Below are positions 9,498 to 19,126 of a DNA stretch of 55,222 nt, in pieces. The DNA comes from a virus. Its lineage: Duplodnaviria > Heunggongvirae > Uroviricota > Caudoviricetes. A model generated the notes under the pieces. The model did not search any database. It was not told the origin of the DNA and saw only the letters and a list, made by a program, of their open reading frames with translations. Both the position numbers and the translations under genes were made by a program. The stretch is taken from the IMG/VR virus record IMGVR_UViG_3300039452_000031; one strand, given 5' to 3'. Each line of letters opens with the position of its first letter. Position 1 is the first letter of the stretch.

Positions 9498-11854
9498 CAA
9501 CCCCCGCAAGCCTTGCATTCTTCACCTTGCCAATCCACAAGCGCCTGCCTTTGGATTTCCTTCACGTTGTCGACCTTCACCTCGCGCTCAGTGCGGTAGT
9601 AGTACAAGGTCAGCACGTTCTCCAACTTCAGGAACAGAATGTGAACTGAATTCACATAGGCCCTAAGGGAACCAGGCGGGAAGAAGAGGTTAAGAGACTG
9701 TGCTTGGCAAATGTATTGACCACGCTCATGGGCTAGGTAGACCAGCCAGTGCTGGTCCAGCTCCATAGCTGTCTTGTAAACCTTCTTGAGCCAATCTGGA
9801 ACTTCAAGATGCTGCACTGAACCGTCGTGATCCAGAATCGACTTCCAGACCCCTTTGGTATTCAAACCCAGTTCCTCAAGGTCACGCTCAAGGTACGGGT
9901 TCTTGCACATATAGGCCCCAGCACGGGAGTCCTTCATGAAGACATTGCGGTACCAAGGTTCGCAGGAAGGACTCACATTGGCGATGTCTGCCGAATTCGC
10001 GTTAGGCGCGATGGCCAAGAGGCGTGAATTACGGCGACCAGTGCCGCGCATGTCCGGAGCTTCACCTCGTTCTGCCCCTAGACGTAAGGATTCGGCAACT
10101 GCTCGCCCCTTGATGAGGTCGAAAATGATGTGAGTGTGTTGAGTGGCGGAATTGAAGCCACCGGATTCAAACGGGATACGGTGCTTCTGAAGATACGAGT
10201 GCCAACCGAAGGCGCCTAGGCCTAGCGCCCGCTCACGCTCGGCGCTGAACTTTGCCTTAGCCATCGAACTTGGGGCAGTATCAACGAACCACTGCAAGAC
10301 GTTGTCCAGGAACCGAATTAGGTCCTCAACAATCGTAGAGTCACGCCATTCGTCAAACTTCTCCAAGTTTAGGCTGGAGAGGCAGCAGACAAAGGTACGG
10401 AATTTGTCGGTCGGTAAGGTGATCTCGGTGCAGTTGTGAACCAGCACGCCGTTAGCGTAGAAGTTATGGTTCCCGTCAACCGTGATGTCATAAACGGGAA
10501 TTTCTTCACTAAGCTCCTCTATTGAGGACGGTCCTGGTGCAAAGGGTTCACGGATTTGACCCAGCGTCTCAGGAACGATCCTGAAGGTATCGTCGGCCTT
10601 CAGGTCCTTAGCCATTACGTAACCTCGGTTCTCAGTCCACACTTTGTGATCAGGTGTGCAGACCAGCTGCTTGCCGGTCTCTGAGCAAGTTACGCGGAGA
10701 ACCTTAGCCTTCTTGGACATTAGGGCGCTATTAGTGATGGCCTTAAACTCGGATTGTTTGGTTTCCGTGTTGTAGGACAGAACCTTATATCCAGTTTTGC
10801 CAATCACGCTTTCCAATGAAACATCTTCTGGTGCATCAGATTTGGGCGCAAGCACTGTGACCTTGGTATCGCCCGCGAGACAAAGATTGCTGCCGTTCAC
10901 GCGAAGACCTAGCGCCTTCTGGGTCTCAGGCATCAGCTCATTGATGCGGTCAATCTTGGTGAAGAAGGGTTCACCTGTAAGTGCCCGGGTGTCCAGCATC
11001 TCTTCCCAAAGATGACGGGCGTTGACCGTGTCGTGAAGCTCGTTGGTGTGTGGGCACCGAAGCTCGTAGTCAGGATTCGGGTCGGAACCAATGATCTTCG
11101 CAATCAAATCCTTCTTAAGGTTCACACCTGTATGGAATTGAGTGCGGTTGTCTGAGCGACGCTTTGAGTCACCACCAGGGACACGGAATCGGATGTGCTC
11201 CTTGATCGATGGGTGCACGGAGTCCATGTAGTAGGCTAGCGCACCCTTGCGTGTACCTCGTTGCTTGAAGTAGCCGATAGCCCCGTCCAGAACCTTCTCA
11301 AAAGGAATAGGCCCAGGAGCCTTCTTCGAGGTCGCCCTAATAGCATTGTGCGCACCAGTACCGCCGCCTGAGGTCGACAGTCGTGCCAGTTCCTTGATGA
11401 TGTCTTCCTGACCTTCCAGAGAATCCGGGACCTCAAAGGCGAAGCAGGAAATGGGCTGGCCTTGCGGCTTGGCCTTGGGAATGAAAGTCTGCCTATGCCA
11501 GTAGTGAGCGCCTTCCTTGGTTGGATCCTCATACCAAGTGCCAGCAGTGGCGTTGGACAGCACTGGGGAAGCGTACATGAACCACCCTTTATGGGCGTAG
11601 TTGTAGATACGCTGAGCCAGTTCATAGTCACCGAAACAGAAATTCACCGCAGGCCTAGCCAGCGCCTGGGGGATGGTTTCCCCTTCACGAACGTAATCCC
11701 CTTCATGCAGGAGAGCCTTGGACAGATCGGAAAGGAAAGAAGGGTTGCGACGATGCACCCTAATCCCTAGGTAATCATAGCGACTCGGCTCGGGAGCTCC
11801 TCCACTCTCCGAGGGTTGCAATGTGGTTTCAATGCTGTGTGACTCAACTAGCAT
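9497..11854 (-). CDS. nrdA: Ribonucleotide reductase class Ia alpha subunit, no ATP-cone visible, interrupted by a mini-intein
   Basis: ASPVLSN, PISCF, GSNL-[intein]-CTEI, CCLSSLNL, IAPNANS, QAQSLNLF, TLYYYR and a C-terminal CKAC. Confidence 0.95.
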   Translation of the reverse strand: MLVESHSIETTLQPSESGGAPEPSRYDYLGIRVHRRNPSFLSDLSKALLHEGDYVREGETIPQALARPAVNFCFGDYELAQRIYNYAHKGWFMYASPVLSNATAGTWYEDPTKEGAHYWHRQTFIPKAKPQGQPISCFAFEVPDSLEGQEDIIKELARLSTSGGGTGAHNAIRATSKKAPGPIPFEKVLDGAIGYFKQRGTRKGALAYYMDSVHPSIKEHIRFRVPGGDSKRRSDNRTQFHTGVNLKKDLIAKIIGSDPNPDYELRCPHTNELHDTVNARHLWEEMLDTRALTGEPFFTKIDRINELMPETQKALGLRVNGSNLCLAGDTKVTVLAPKSDAPEDVSLESVIGKTGYKVLSYNTETKQSEFKAITNSALMSKKAKVLRVTCSETGKQLVCTPDHKVWTENRGYVMAKDLKADDTFRIVPETLGQIREPFAPGPSSIEELSEEIPVYDITVDGNHNFYANGVLVHNCTEITLPTDKFRTFVCCLSSLNLEKFDEWRDSTIVEDLIRFLDNVLQWFVDTAPSSMAKAKFSAERERALGLGAFGWHSYLQKHRIPFESGGFNSATQHTHIIFDLIKGRAVAESLRLGAERGEAPDMRGTGRRNSRLLAIAPNANSADIANVSPSCEPWYRNVFMKDSRAGAYMCKNPYLERDLEELGLNTKGVWKSILDHDGSVQHLEVPDWLKKVYKTAMELDQHWLVYLAHERGQYICQAQSLNLFFPPGSLRAYVNSVHILFLKLENVLTLYYYRTEREVKVDNVKEIQRQALVDWQGEECKACGG
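10433..10882 (-). mobile_element. Mini-intein (150 aa, no endonuclease) in NrdA
   Basis: Block A CLAGDT, block B TPDH, block F VYDITV, block G VHN followed by Cys+1; removing it restores GSNLCTEI. Confidence 0.95.
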
Positions 11855-11861
11855 AGGTGGT

Positions 11862-12161
11862 TCAGATTTTAGAGGAGAGATAGGTAATGACACCCATGCT
11901 TGGATCGTGTAGCACAGGACCAAGGTAGAGGGGTGTCATTGTCGAAAGGTTCAGGCCCCGGCTGTATTTCCGAGGCACAAAGACTTTTGGAGTTCGGTAA
12001 GCGTCAGGTTGGGTTGGGCAACCTGGCTGGGGCTTTAGATACAAACCTCGTATGGTTGAACCTTGCTTGTGCTTTTCCAGCGCAAAGTCTTCAAGGCTGT
12101 AGTAAAGAGGATCACCCGGCCGGAACTCCAACCTATATGCAACCGGCACGGGTAAGATCAT
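11862..12161 (-). CDS. Hypothetical protein (99 aa)
   Basis: ATGA overlap with the upstream glycosyltransferase; fills the gap to nrdA. Confidence 0.55.
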   Translation of the reverse strand: MILPVPVAYRLEFRPGDPLYYSLEDFALEKHKQGSTIRGLYLKPQPGCPTQPDAYRTPKVFVPRKYSRGLNLSTMTPLYLGPVLHDPSMGVITYLSSKI

Positions 12162-13243
12162 GATCTAAGGAACCTCAGCCATTCATCAAGGGAAGCCTTC
12201 ACATAGTTAGCTAGACCACGCCGCTGCTCCTGCTGAACCACTTGGTTTCCTGAGCGTAGCCAAGTCCTATACATGACGGCCTGGATATTCTGAACCTCAT
12301 CAGGCCGTGCCTGATACTTCTCGCCCAGCCACGGAATGTTTGCGCCTATGATAGGTACGCCTGATGCAACTGCATCAGCACATACAATGTTGAAGGTCTC
12401 ACTCATGGAGACCTGAGTCACCATGTCCATACCCTGCGTATAGACCAGAAACTGATCGTGGTCCATCCAAGGGACTTCGATAAGTTCGTTCTGTGGTTGC
12501 TGTACGAAAAGGGCCTTAAGAGCCCTAAGGAGAGGGTCGGCCTGGTTCTCAACCCGGGAGGAGTTGACATGGAACTTGAGCTTCAGTCCCAACCGCTTGG
12601 CCATTAACGTGGCAGCAATGGCCTGGTTCATGTGATTCTTCAGCGGCCTGATGGCTCCGAAACACCCAATGTTCAAGTCACCGGCAACCTTAAGGGCTAC
12701 AGACCGACCACTAAAGTGCGAAAAGAAGTCTTTCAGCGGCGACGGGGAGTAGTCGAAGTTATAGTAGTTCGGTAGGTATACAACGTTACCAACCATTGCC
12801 TCGTTCTCAGCCGCCAGAGACTGCATGGTCTTCGCAGCCTTCGGGGAATTGAAGGCGACCGTGACACCCTTCTTCAGGTACTCTAGGGCCCATCCGAAGA
12901 TCATCCCTTCGTGAGCTAGGAACTCAGTGTTGGAGTGGCACCGCACGATCCACTTAACACCTTGACAGTCCCGTTGAGCCTTCAGTTCATCAAACTTCGG
13001 AGGCACAACCCAGAAGCCTTCGACAACAACATGCGTCGCCTTATAGGCAACAACCTCTCGGTGAATCTGGTTGTTGTCCGCGACGTGAACGACTGTGGCC
13101 TCGATACCTGCCTTACTTAGGGCAGTAACCACCTGATCAACAGAAACCGATAGGCCACTACTTAGAGGTGCGGATCCCTCGCTGTAGTTCCAGGCCCCCG
13201 GAAGGCCGGACTCTCGGTACTTGAGTACGAACAAAACTCGCAT
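12158..13243 (-). CDS. GT-B fold glycosyltransferase (GT4-like)
   Basis: FGAIRPLKN donor-binding loop and SMSETFNIVCADAVASGVPII (E-x7 motif region). Confidence 0.85.
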   Translation of the reverse strand: MRVLFVLKYRESGLPGAWNYSEGSAPLSSGLSVSVDQVVTALSKAGIEATVVHVADNNQIHREVVAYKATHVVVEGFWVVPPKFDELKAQRDCQGVKWIVRCHSNTEFLAHEGMIFGWALEYLKKGVTVAFNSPKAAKTMQSLAAENEAMVGNVVYLPNYYNFDYSPSPLKDFFSHFSGRSVALKVAGDLNIGCFGAIRPLKNHMNQAIAATLMAKRLGLKLKFHVNSSRVENQADPLLRALKALFVQQPQNELIEVPWMDHDQFLVYTQGMDMVTQVSMSETFNIVCADAVASGVPIIGANIPWLGEKYQARPDEVQNIQAVMYRTWLRSGNQVVQQEQRRGLANYVKASLDEWLRFLRS

Positions 13244-13273
13244 TTCTAAACCTCATTTGTTGGCGCATTGTGC

Positions 13274-13283
13274 CTATTTATCG
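13274..13283 (-). promoter_or_regulatory. Variant of the putative phage promoter motif (CGATAAATAG)
   Basis: Intergenic, about 30 nt upstream of the 13243 start; shares the TAAATA core with other copies. Confidence 0.35.
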
Positions 13284-13285
13284 TT

Positions 13286-14773
13286 TTAGATTACAGGACG
13301 TGAACGACCGTACCCTCCATACAGTGTTGCCACGGTAAGGGTTATCCCGACTGATCCCATAGCCCCTCTTGCAAGGATAGAAAAGTCTCCATCCCCGTTA
13401 GGTCCGGCGCCGGTTCCGCTTGTCTGGCCCTTTATGATTAGGTTCTGCTTTATGGGCTTCAGCTCGTTGTCCAGCTGGCTCTGAATCTTAGAGGCTGCGT
13501 TGTCCAAGTAAGAAGTCCTGTCCACATCCAGCGTGATGTTTGCTCCCGAGAAGTTGAAAGCTTTTTCACCTTCCATCAAGTATTGTGCTTCCAGGGAGGC
13601 CTTCTCAGCACACAGAAGCCAATACTCACGAACCACACCCTTAGCGTTCGTCATCGTGAAGGAGGTGAACTGACCAGCAGCACCGTTGAAGGTATCCATG
13701 CCTCGGCGAAGCCATTTCATGATTTCCGTAGACGGGAACTGCGAGTCAGGAGTGCCGTACAGAGTCTGGCGTGCCTTGTTGACTTTCGACTTCACGTCCT
13801 CAACTGCTTGAAGGATAGAGTCATTCACTAGCCATAGTGCTGCCTTCTCTCGGAAGAGTTGCCGGGGGTCATTCCAGAATTTCCAAATGATCTGATACGG
13901 GATCAGGGTCACAGGCATAGTGGACGTATCGATGGTGGCGGCCACGAAGTAGCCATTGGCGATACGTTCAGGATTCGGAACCTGAAGGGAGGCTAGGAGG
14001 CTACCGTCTAGCCAAATCTCCACCACATAGTTGGCATACAGCGTCTCAGTGACCAGCTGTACCATAGCCGGGTCGCCCGCCATCTCGATGGAGTCCACCG
14101 CACCGACCTGCATGGTTGGGAAACCGCGAACGAAGATCGATTCGAACGAGTAGTAGATGCCCTGGGCGCCTGCCACTGCCTGCGGGAGAGTCAGTGTGTA
14201 GCGCAGTTGGTATGGCGTGTCCACTGAGACTGGAATATCAGCCGGCACGTTGACCACCGATTTAGCAATCGCTGTATTGCTGATCCCATTGGATACGATT
14301 GAGTAATCGTAGGCATTACCTGACGAGTAGATGGTACCTGCTTGGTCTAGGAGGTCCCACGTCACGTAGCCCCCTGAGACATCCAGAGAAGGCGGGAACG
14401 AAAACATTGTGGTCGCCAAACCGGATTTGCCAGCCTCAATCTCACCCAAGAGGTCTTGGTACGACCCAGGATCCGTAACTGGGTACGGGCTGTAGGTATC
14501 AGCCAGAACTGAACACGCAACGGTCAGCGTGAACACCCTGAGGTTTGTGGTAACCGTGATTGGGAAGCCGTAGGTAATGCCAGTGTCGCCTGAGGTGATC
14601 TTGAACTGCAGGGGATCAGCATTACCTGATAGATTCTGGAACTGGGCAGAGTTGGCAGTAACAGGTGTGGCAGCCGCGACCACAATTGAGGTCACAGTCT
14701 CACCCGACTGAAGCCCAAGTGCCACCTGATTGACGATGTCCGAAGCGTCTTTAGTGAAGACGTAGGTATTCAT
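13286..14773 (-). CDS. Putative virion neck/adaptor protein with an N-terminal fibre-adaptor-like domain
   Basis: N-terminal FTKD...L.SGETVTS...G.TY...VTT..R pattern typical of fibre-tail adaptor domains; helical C-terminal region resembling head-tail connectors. The fold call is inference. Confidence 0.5.
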   Translation of the reverse strand: MNTYVFTKDASDIVNQVALGLQSGETVTSIVVAAATPVTANSAQFQNLSGNADPLQFKITSGDTGITYGFPITVTTNLRVFTLTVACSVLADTYSPYPVTDPGSYQDLLGEIEAGKSGLATTMFSFPPSLDVSGGYVTWDLLDQAGTIYSSGNAYDYSIVSNGISNTAIAKSVVNVPADIPVSVDTPYQLRYTLTLPQAVAGAQGIYYSFESIFVRGFPTMQVGAVDSIEMAGDPAMVQLVTETLYANYVVEIWLDGSLLASLQVPNPERIANGYFVAATIDTSTMPVTLIPYQIIWKFWNDPRQLFREKAALWLVNDSILQAVEDVKSKVNKARQTLYGTPDSQFPSTEIMKWLRRGMDTFNGAAGQFTSFTMTNAKGVVREYWLLCAEKASLEAQYLMEGEKAFNFSGANITLDVDRTSYLDNAASKIQSQLDNELKPIKQNLIIKGQTSGTGAGPNGDGDFSILARGAMGSVGITLTVATLYGGYGRSRPVI

Positions 14774-15750
14774 TATCGCTCCCTAAAGAAGGTGTTCTTG
14801 CCGAAGGCCTTCCACTGGAAGCCTCGCTGGTTACCCTTGTTGTCCTTGAAGGTGAAGTTCGGTTTGTTCTTCACTACCGTAAGGGTGCCTTTCAAGAGCC
14901 GCCCCTTGTAGAGAGCCCAACAAGGATCTGTGTGCTCCAAATAGGTAAGAGGTTGAAGCTTGGCCATCGCAGAGTCAGTGGCCATGGTTCCCAAGTCCGA
15001 CAACTCCTCGTGCATCTTTGCCTTCTGGTCAGAGGTCATATACTCATCCTCTTCCGTAGGATCAAAGCGACGAGGATCTAGACCAACGTGCGTCATCCAA
15101 TGTTGCCACGTCTTACCGTGACCAGCCTGTGAGCGATCTCTGTCCTTGGAGATTACCCATGCGGCTTCATGACAAAGTTCGTGGAGGAAAATTTCGAGGA
15201 AGAAGGGGAGTCGAGCATTGAAGATGAAGGTTGCCATCCAGAGTCGACCAGCGGTGAAGCTTGACCCTGGGTAGTAGATGCCTCGAGGATTGGTTGCACC
15301 AGGGGCATTCTGAGGAGGCTTGTCCGAGGTTAGGAACTTAGGCTCGGGAAGGCGACCTTGAAATTTCTCGACATTGAAGAACTCGAACAGGGAGGTCATG
15401 AACGAAAGGCGACGGCCACTGCTGACCACCGCCTTAGACCACATGAGTTCCAACTCGGGAGTGATTTGCGTATGCCCTAGATGGGTATCCAAAGCCTTGC
15501 GAACCGTCCGAGTGCCGGAGGGGATGAAACGCAGGAGATTCTTGGCCGGAGAGATACCGATCTTGCCAATCTCAGGCAATGTATAGACCAATACCTTACC
15601 TGCTGCGACCGTAGGTTCACCGAAGGCGCGCATGCGCTTCTCTTCCATTGAGGCGAAGCTGAAGGTCGGCTTGCCTTCTTCATTCTTGATCAACTTCAGG
15701 TCCTTGAACCCCAAGCCAGTCAGGAACTTGACGATGTCTGGGAGTTCCAT
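14773..15750 (-). CDS. SprT-like zinc metalloprotease
   Basis: FLHELCH (HExxH) followed by GHGKTWQHWM, the SprT third-ligand motif. Confidence 0.85.
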   Translation of the reverse strand: MELPDIVKFLTGLGFKDLKLIKNEEGKPTFSFASMEEKRMRAFGEPTVAAGKVLVYTLPEIGKIGISPAKNLLRFIPSGTRTVRKALDTHLGHTQITPELELMWSKAVVSSGRRLSFMTSLFEFFNVEKFQGRLPEPKFLTSDKPPQNAPGATNPRGIYYPGSSFTAGRLWMATFIFNARLPFFLEIFLHELCHEAAWVISKDRDRSQAGHGKTWQHWMTHVGLDPRRFDPTEEDEYMTSDQKAKMHEELSDLGTMATDSAMAKLQPLTYLEHTDPCWALYKGRLLKGTLTVVKNKPNFTFKDNKGNQRGFQWKAFGKNTFFRER

Positions 15751-15751
15751 A

Positions 15752-16162
15752 TTAAGCCTCGGACCGATTCACGAAGTTGGTAATAGCCTGCTCAAGGCCA
15801 GGGTGCATGGGTTCTGGAAACTTGTCAGTCCACACGTAGTCCGTATGCTCGTCGTTTAGGACGGGAGTGAATTCCTCGGGAACGGCAGCGAAGTGATTGT
15901 GGAAAACGAAGCCACCATGGTCTTGGCGATCCATATGGTGAAGCTCGTAGTCACCGTCGTAGCCCAGCTCCTCAACGCACTCGCGGCGCACAGCTTGCTC
16001 GATAGTCTCATTGTTTTCCACACCACCGCCACTGGTGCACCACGTACCTGGATGATCACCTTGAGAGGAACGCTTGACGAACAGGCATCGACCTGTAGCA
16101 GGGCAAATGAACAGCACACCTGCACCGTAGCCGGTTTCTCGGCCAGCTTTTACTTTTTCCAT
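15752..16162 (-). CDS. NUDIX hydrolase
   Basis: Nudix box GGGVENNETIEQAVRRECVEELG; GAGG upstream of the ATG at 16162. Confidence 0.92.
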   Translation of the reverse strand: MEKVKAGRETGYGAGVLFICPATGRCLFVKRSSQGDHPGTWCTSGGGVENNETIEQAVRRECVEELGYDGDYELHHMDRQDHGGFVFHNHFAAVPEEFTPVLNDEHTDYVWTDKFPEPMHPGLEQAITNFVNRSEA

Positions 16163-16169
16163 ATCTACC

Positions 16170-16688
16170 TCAAGGCAAACATACTGGATCCGAGAACACA
16201 ACTTGAGGTCCTCGCCGCATAAAGTTCTTATCTGTTAGGTCCAAGAGACCGAAGTGTCGGGCGCAGAATTTGGCTAGGACCTTTGTGTCCTCATCTTGTG
16301 ATTCCTGCGAGGTCTTAACCCACTCAGGGTAAGACATTCGACACTTGATGGAGAAGCGATCTTGGTCGATTGTGGGGTTGATCTCCTGGATCGCCCGCTC
16401 GATCATCGACCAGTTGGTTGGCTGCAGGCGCTCGATTAGAATCAGGCATGCTTTAGCGTCCTCAAGATCAAGGGTATCGAAGGCTTGAATTCTAGGAAGC
16501 CAACGATTGCCTTGGTTGTGAAAGCAGAAGGGGATGAAGGCCTCTTGATAAGGAAGATCACCTACAGAGACCTTGACTACCGTGCGAGGATCACGTGGGT
16601 GATCGAACACCCAACTGTGCATACCCTTACCCAGAAAGCGGCAGTCCTTATTCATCTGAGCCAGGTACTGCTGTAGGGTTTGACCCAT
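16170..16688 (-). CDS. Minimal protein-kinase-fold enzyme (Ser/Thr kinase or APH-like)
   Basis: Gly loop LGKGMHSWV, VVKV lysine, IERL hinge, catalytic DLTDKN (DxxxxN) and a DP metal-binding motif. Confidence 0.8.
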   Translation of the reverse strand: MGQTLQQYLAQMNKDCRFLGKGMHSWVFDHPRDPRTVVKVSVGDLPYQEAFIPFCFHNQGNRWLPRIQAFDTLDLEDAKACLILIERLQPTNWSMIERAIQEINPTIDQDRFSIKCRMSYPEWVKTSQESQDEDTKVLAKFCARHFGLLDLTDKNFMRRGPQVVFSDPVCLP

Positions 16689-16689
16689 A

Positions 16690-17865
16690 TCAGGCTCCGT
16701 TGATAACGTTGGCAAGCTTTCGCAGTTGGGTGGGGCTAAGCTTATACTTGTCCTCCAAAAATTCCAGATCCGAGGGATGCACACCGCCTTCTTGATCCAA
16801 GTTGGAGAACGTAAAGATCAACTTGTTGCCTGCGGTACGCATACGAACCTGTGTGGAGCGCTTCTTCTTACGCAGCGATTTGACCTCGAGGTACAGTTGG
16901 TTTTTGACCTCGTCGATCTCTTCTTCAGAGAGTTGAGGATCGAGGACGAAGATCAGTTCGTCCCTGTCAGCCTTCACGTCCTTGATATGTTCGGCAGCCG
17001 AGAAAGCTTGACTGCGGAGGCCACCCACAGGTTCGCGAAGCTGCATCGCCACCGGTAGGTTACCAATCTGAGCCGAGAAGCCCTCTAATGAAAGTTGCTG
17101 CTCGATGACCTTCGCAGCCTGCTTGGTGTTCTCCACAACCGTACCTTCACCAAGGAGAGTCGGGGCTACAAACTCGTTCTCAACGAAAACCTCGACATCC
17201 CCACCAACCGTCCACTTGATGGTGATGTAGATATGGGGCGCGACATTGCCCTGATCATTGACTGCATTCTTGAGGATGATATAGCCTGCAAAAATGAGGT
17301 TACCTGTCTTGTCCAGAGCAGCGTAGGTCATGGTATCCACACCATCAACCTCAAGGTGCTGCTTGCTGTTCAGCTCCTCAGCTAGGGAAGCCACGAACTT
17401 AAGGTATTCCTTGGGTGCGTGGCGTTGAGCCACCGAAGCTAGTTCTTCAAACAGGCGCTTAAGGGTGGCTTCAATGTTGGACCTCATCTTGGTCACCGAA
17501 CCCAAGGTCTCCTTATAGGACGGGCTCGGGTTCTTACCGAACGTCATCTTCAGGTCGTTCTCGATGTCCAGGAGACGCTTGTACTGCTCACTCAGCTTCT
17601 CCGTGACCTTGTAGTTCTTCTCCAGGGCAGCGGCGTTCGGAACCTTGACGATTGGGAAGTCGACGTTGATGGTCTTCTTCGTCCTCTTGCCGCCCGTTGT
17701 GCCTGAGAAGTCAAATTCCTCGGCGGCCTTGAGTGCGGATGCGGCACTAAGTCGAGCCAGTTGACGGATATTCTTGTCCGCCATCTGGGTTTCGAGACCG
17801 ATGTCTTCGCCCATCTGCTTGAGAAGCCGACGCACGTCCTCAAGGGACCTAAACTTGTTATCCAT
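16690..17865 (-). CDS. Hypothetical protein, probably virion structural (391 aa)
   Basis: TGATG overlap at 17865; coiled-coil N-terminal half; lies within the structural block. Confidence 0.7.
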   Translation of the reverse strand: MDNKFRSLEDVRRLLKQMGEDIGLETQMADKNIRQLARLSAASALKAAEEFDFSGTTGGKRTKKTINVDFPIVKVPNAAALEKNYKVTEKLSEQYKRLLDIENDLKMTFGKNPSPSYKETLGSVTKMRSNIEATLKRLFEELASVAQRHAPKEYLKFVASLAEELNSKQHLEVDGVDTMTYAALDKTGNLIFAGYIILKNAVNDQGNVAPHIYITIKWTVGGDVEVFVENEFVAPTLLGEGTVVENTKQAAKVIEQQLSLEGFSAQIGNLPVAMQLREPVGGLRSQAFSAAEHIKDVKADRDELIFVLDPQLSEEEIDEVKNQLYLEVKSLRKKKRSTQVRMRTAGNKLIFTFSNLDQEGGVHPSDLEFLEDKYKLSPTQLRKLANVINGA

Positions 17866-18059
17866 CACTTTTCCTCTTTCTCTACGGGCCACACTTGTGT
17901 CCGTCGTTGAATATCTTGGCCCTCGCCATTAGGGCTGGTTGTTACTGAATAGGCCATGGAGGGGCAATACGTCCAGGCATTGGCCTGAAGCTCATCAGGA
18001 AGACCTTCGACTTGAATGGCATCCGCACCGTCACTGTCAATGAAGACTTGAATATCCAA
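17865..18059 (-). CDS. Small hypothetical protein
   Basis: TTG start; its stop overlaps the next ATG. Confidence 0.45.
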   Translation of the reverse strand: MDIQVFIDSDGADAIQVEGLPDELQANAWTYCPSMAYSVTTSPNGEGQDIQRRTQVWPVEKEEK

Positions 18060-18112
18060 CGGCGCAGTTCCACTCCAAGGCCTCTATCGCACAAGTCAGA
18101 CGATCACGAATC

Positions 18113-18493
18113 TCAGGGGAGGAGCAAACGATTTTCAGCTCTAGAGCACATTGAGATTCGGGAGGGATTGCTCTTGCGAACAACCTTTGGCGGGCCTGGA
18201 TCTTGGTCTTGCGCATAAGGTATCTTTCGTTCCCTATCTGGGACTAAATGTCGACGTGTGTCGTAGTCAAGGATACCTTGAACTGCCTTCTTGTTCAGGG
18301 ACCAGAAGTAGACGATTCGGAAATGGTCTTCAACCTCCTGGGTTGACATGCCTAGGCATTCATGAAGTCTCCTCATTTCCAGAATCATGTGGTCTGGGAG
18401 ACGCATGTTGTGCGCGGTCCTCAGTTGACCTATATGACCCATAGTTAGTCGTTGTCCTGAGGAGGCCCAAGAAAAGATATCAGAACAACTCAT
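18113..18493 (-). CDS. Hypothetical protein, possible helix-turn-helix DNA-binding
   Basis: ATGA overlap; ILEMRRLHECLGMSTQEVEDHF resembles an HTH. Confidence 0.55.
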   Translation of the reverse strand: MSCSDIFSWASSGQRLTMGHIGQLRTAHNMRLPDHMILEMRRLHECLGMSTQEVEDHFRIVYFWSLNKKAVQGILDYDTRRHLVPDRERKIPYAQDQDPGPPKVVRKSNPSRISMCSRAENRLLLP

Positions 18494-19113
18494 GCGATAA
18501 GGACCTTGATGAAGGCATTGAGCTCCAGGAGTTGATTCTCACAGTCCACTAGAGCATCATGTGCACCTGGAAGGAGTGGAAGGGCTTTATCAAACTTTGA
18601 TCCAACTCGATGTCTCGCTAAGGCCTTAACGGGATTGATGTCGAATTGCTCGTAAAAGAAGGTGCCTGGGATAGAAGTGTCGCCCTCAAAACGCGATAGG
18701 TCGATGACGCCCTTCTCCCACAGAAACAGGATGTCGGTCGATACGCAATCACCAGTGGGAGAGACTTCGTTAGCCCAACCAGACATCCATTGAGCAAGAA
18801 GGGGACGGGCATCAGCCAATGTATAGGTCGATGCTCTGCACTTCTCGTAGACCTCGCGCATATGCTCCAACGCAAACGCAGAGATCGGTTCCTTGTCGGT
18901 CCGGATGTAGAGATTGAAGATCGGCCACAAAGGCAGCGGGGCGTAACCTTGACCTACAGGATCCCAGACCAGCTTGATGGCTGCCACTTGGAGAAGGTCA
19001 TCGGTACGTGGATCAAGACCGGTCATCTCGCAGTCGATCATGACCAATCGTTCAGGCAGAAACATGGGGCGCTCATCTGAGGCCTTCAAGCGGGTAGCGG
19101 CTTCGATCTTCAT
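18490..19113 (-). CDS. DEDDh 3'-5' exonuclease, oligoribonuclease-like, with MKIEAATRLKA N-terminus
   Basis: MIDCEMTGLD (Exo I), VSTD (Exo II) and HDALVD (Exo III). Confidence 0.85.
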   Translation of the reverse strand: MKIEAATRLKASDERPMFLPERLVMIDCEMTGLDPRTDDLLQVAAIKLVWDPVGQGYAPLPLWPIFNLYIRTDKEPISAFALEHMREVYEKCRASTYTLADARPLLAQWMSGWANEVSPTGDCVSTDILFLWEKGVIDLSRFEGDTSIPGTFFYEQFDINPVKALARHRVGSKFDKALPLLPGAHDALVDCENQLLELNAFIKVLIA

Positions 19114-19126
19114 TTTAGACCTTGTT

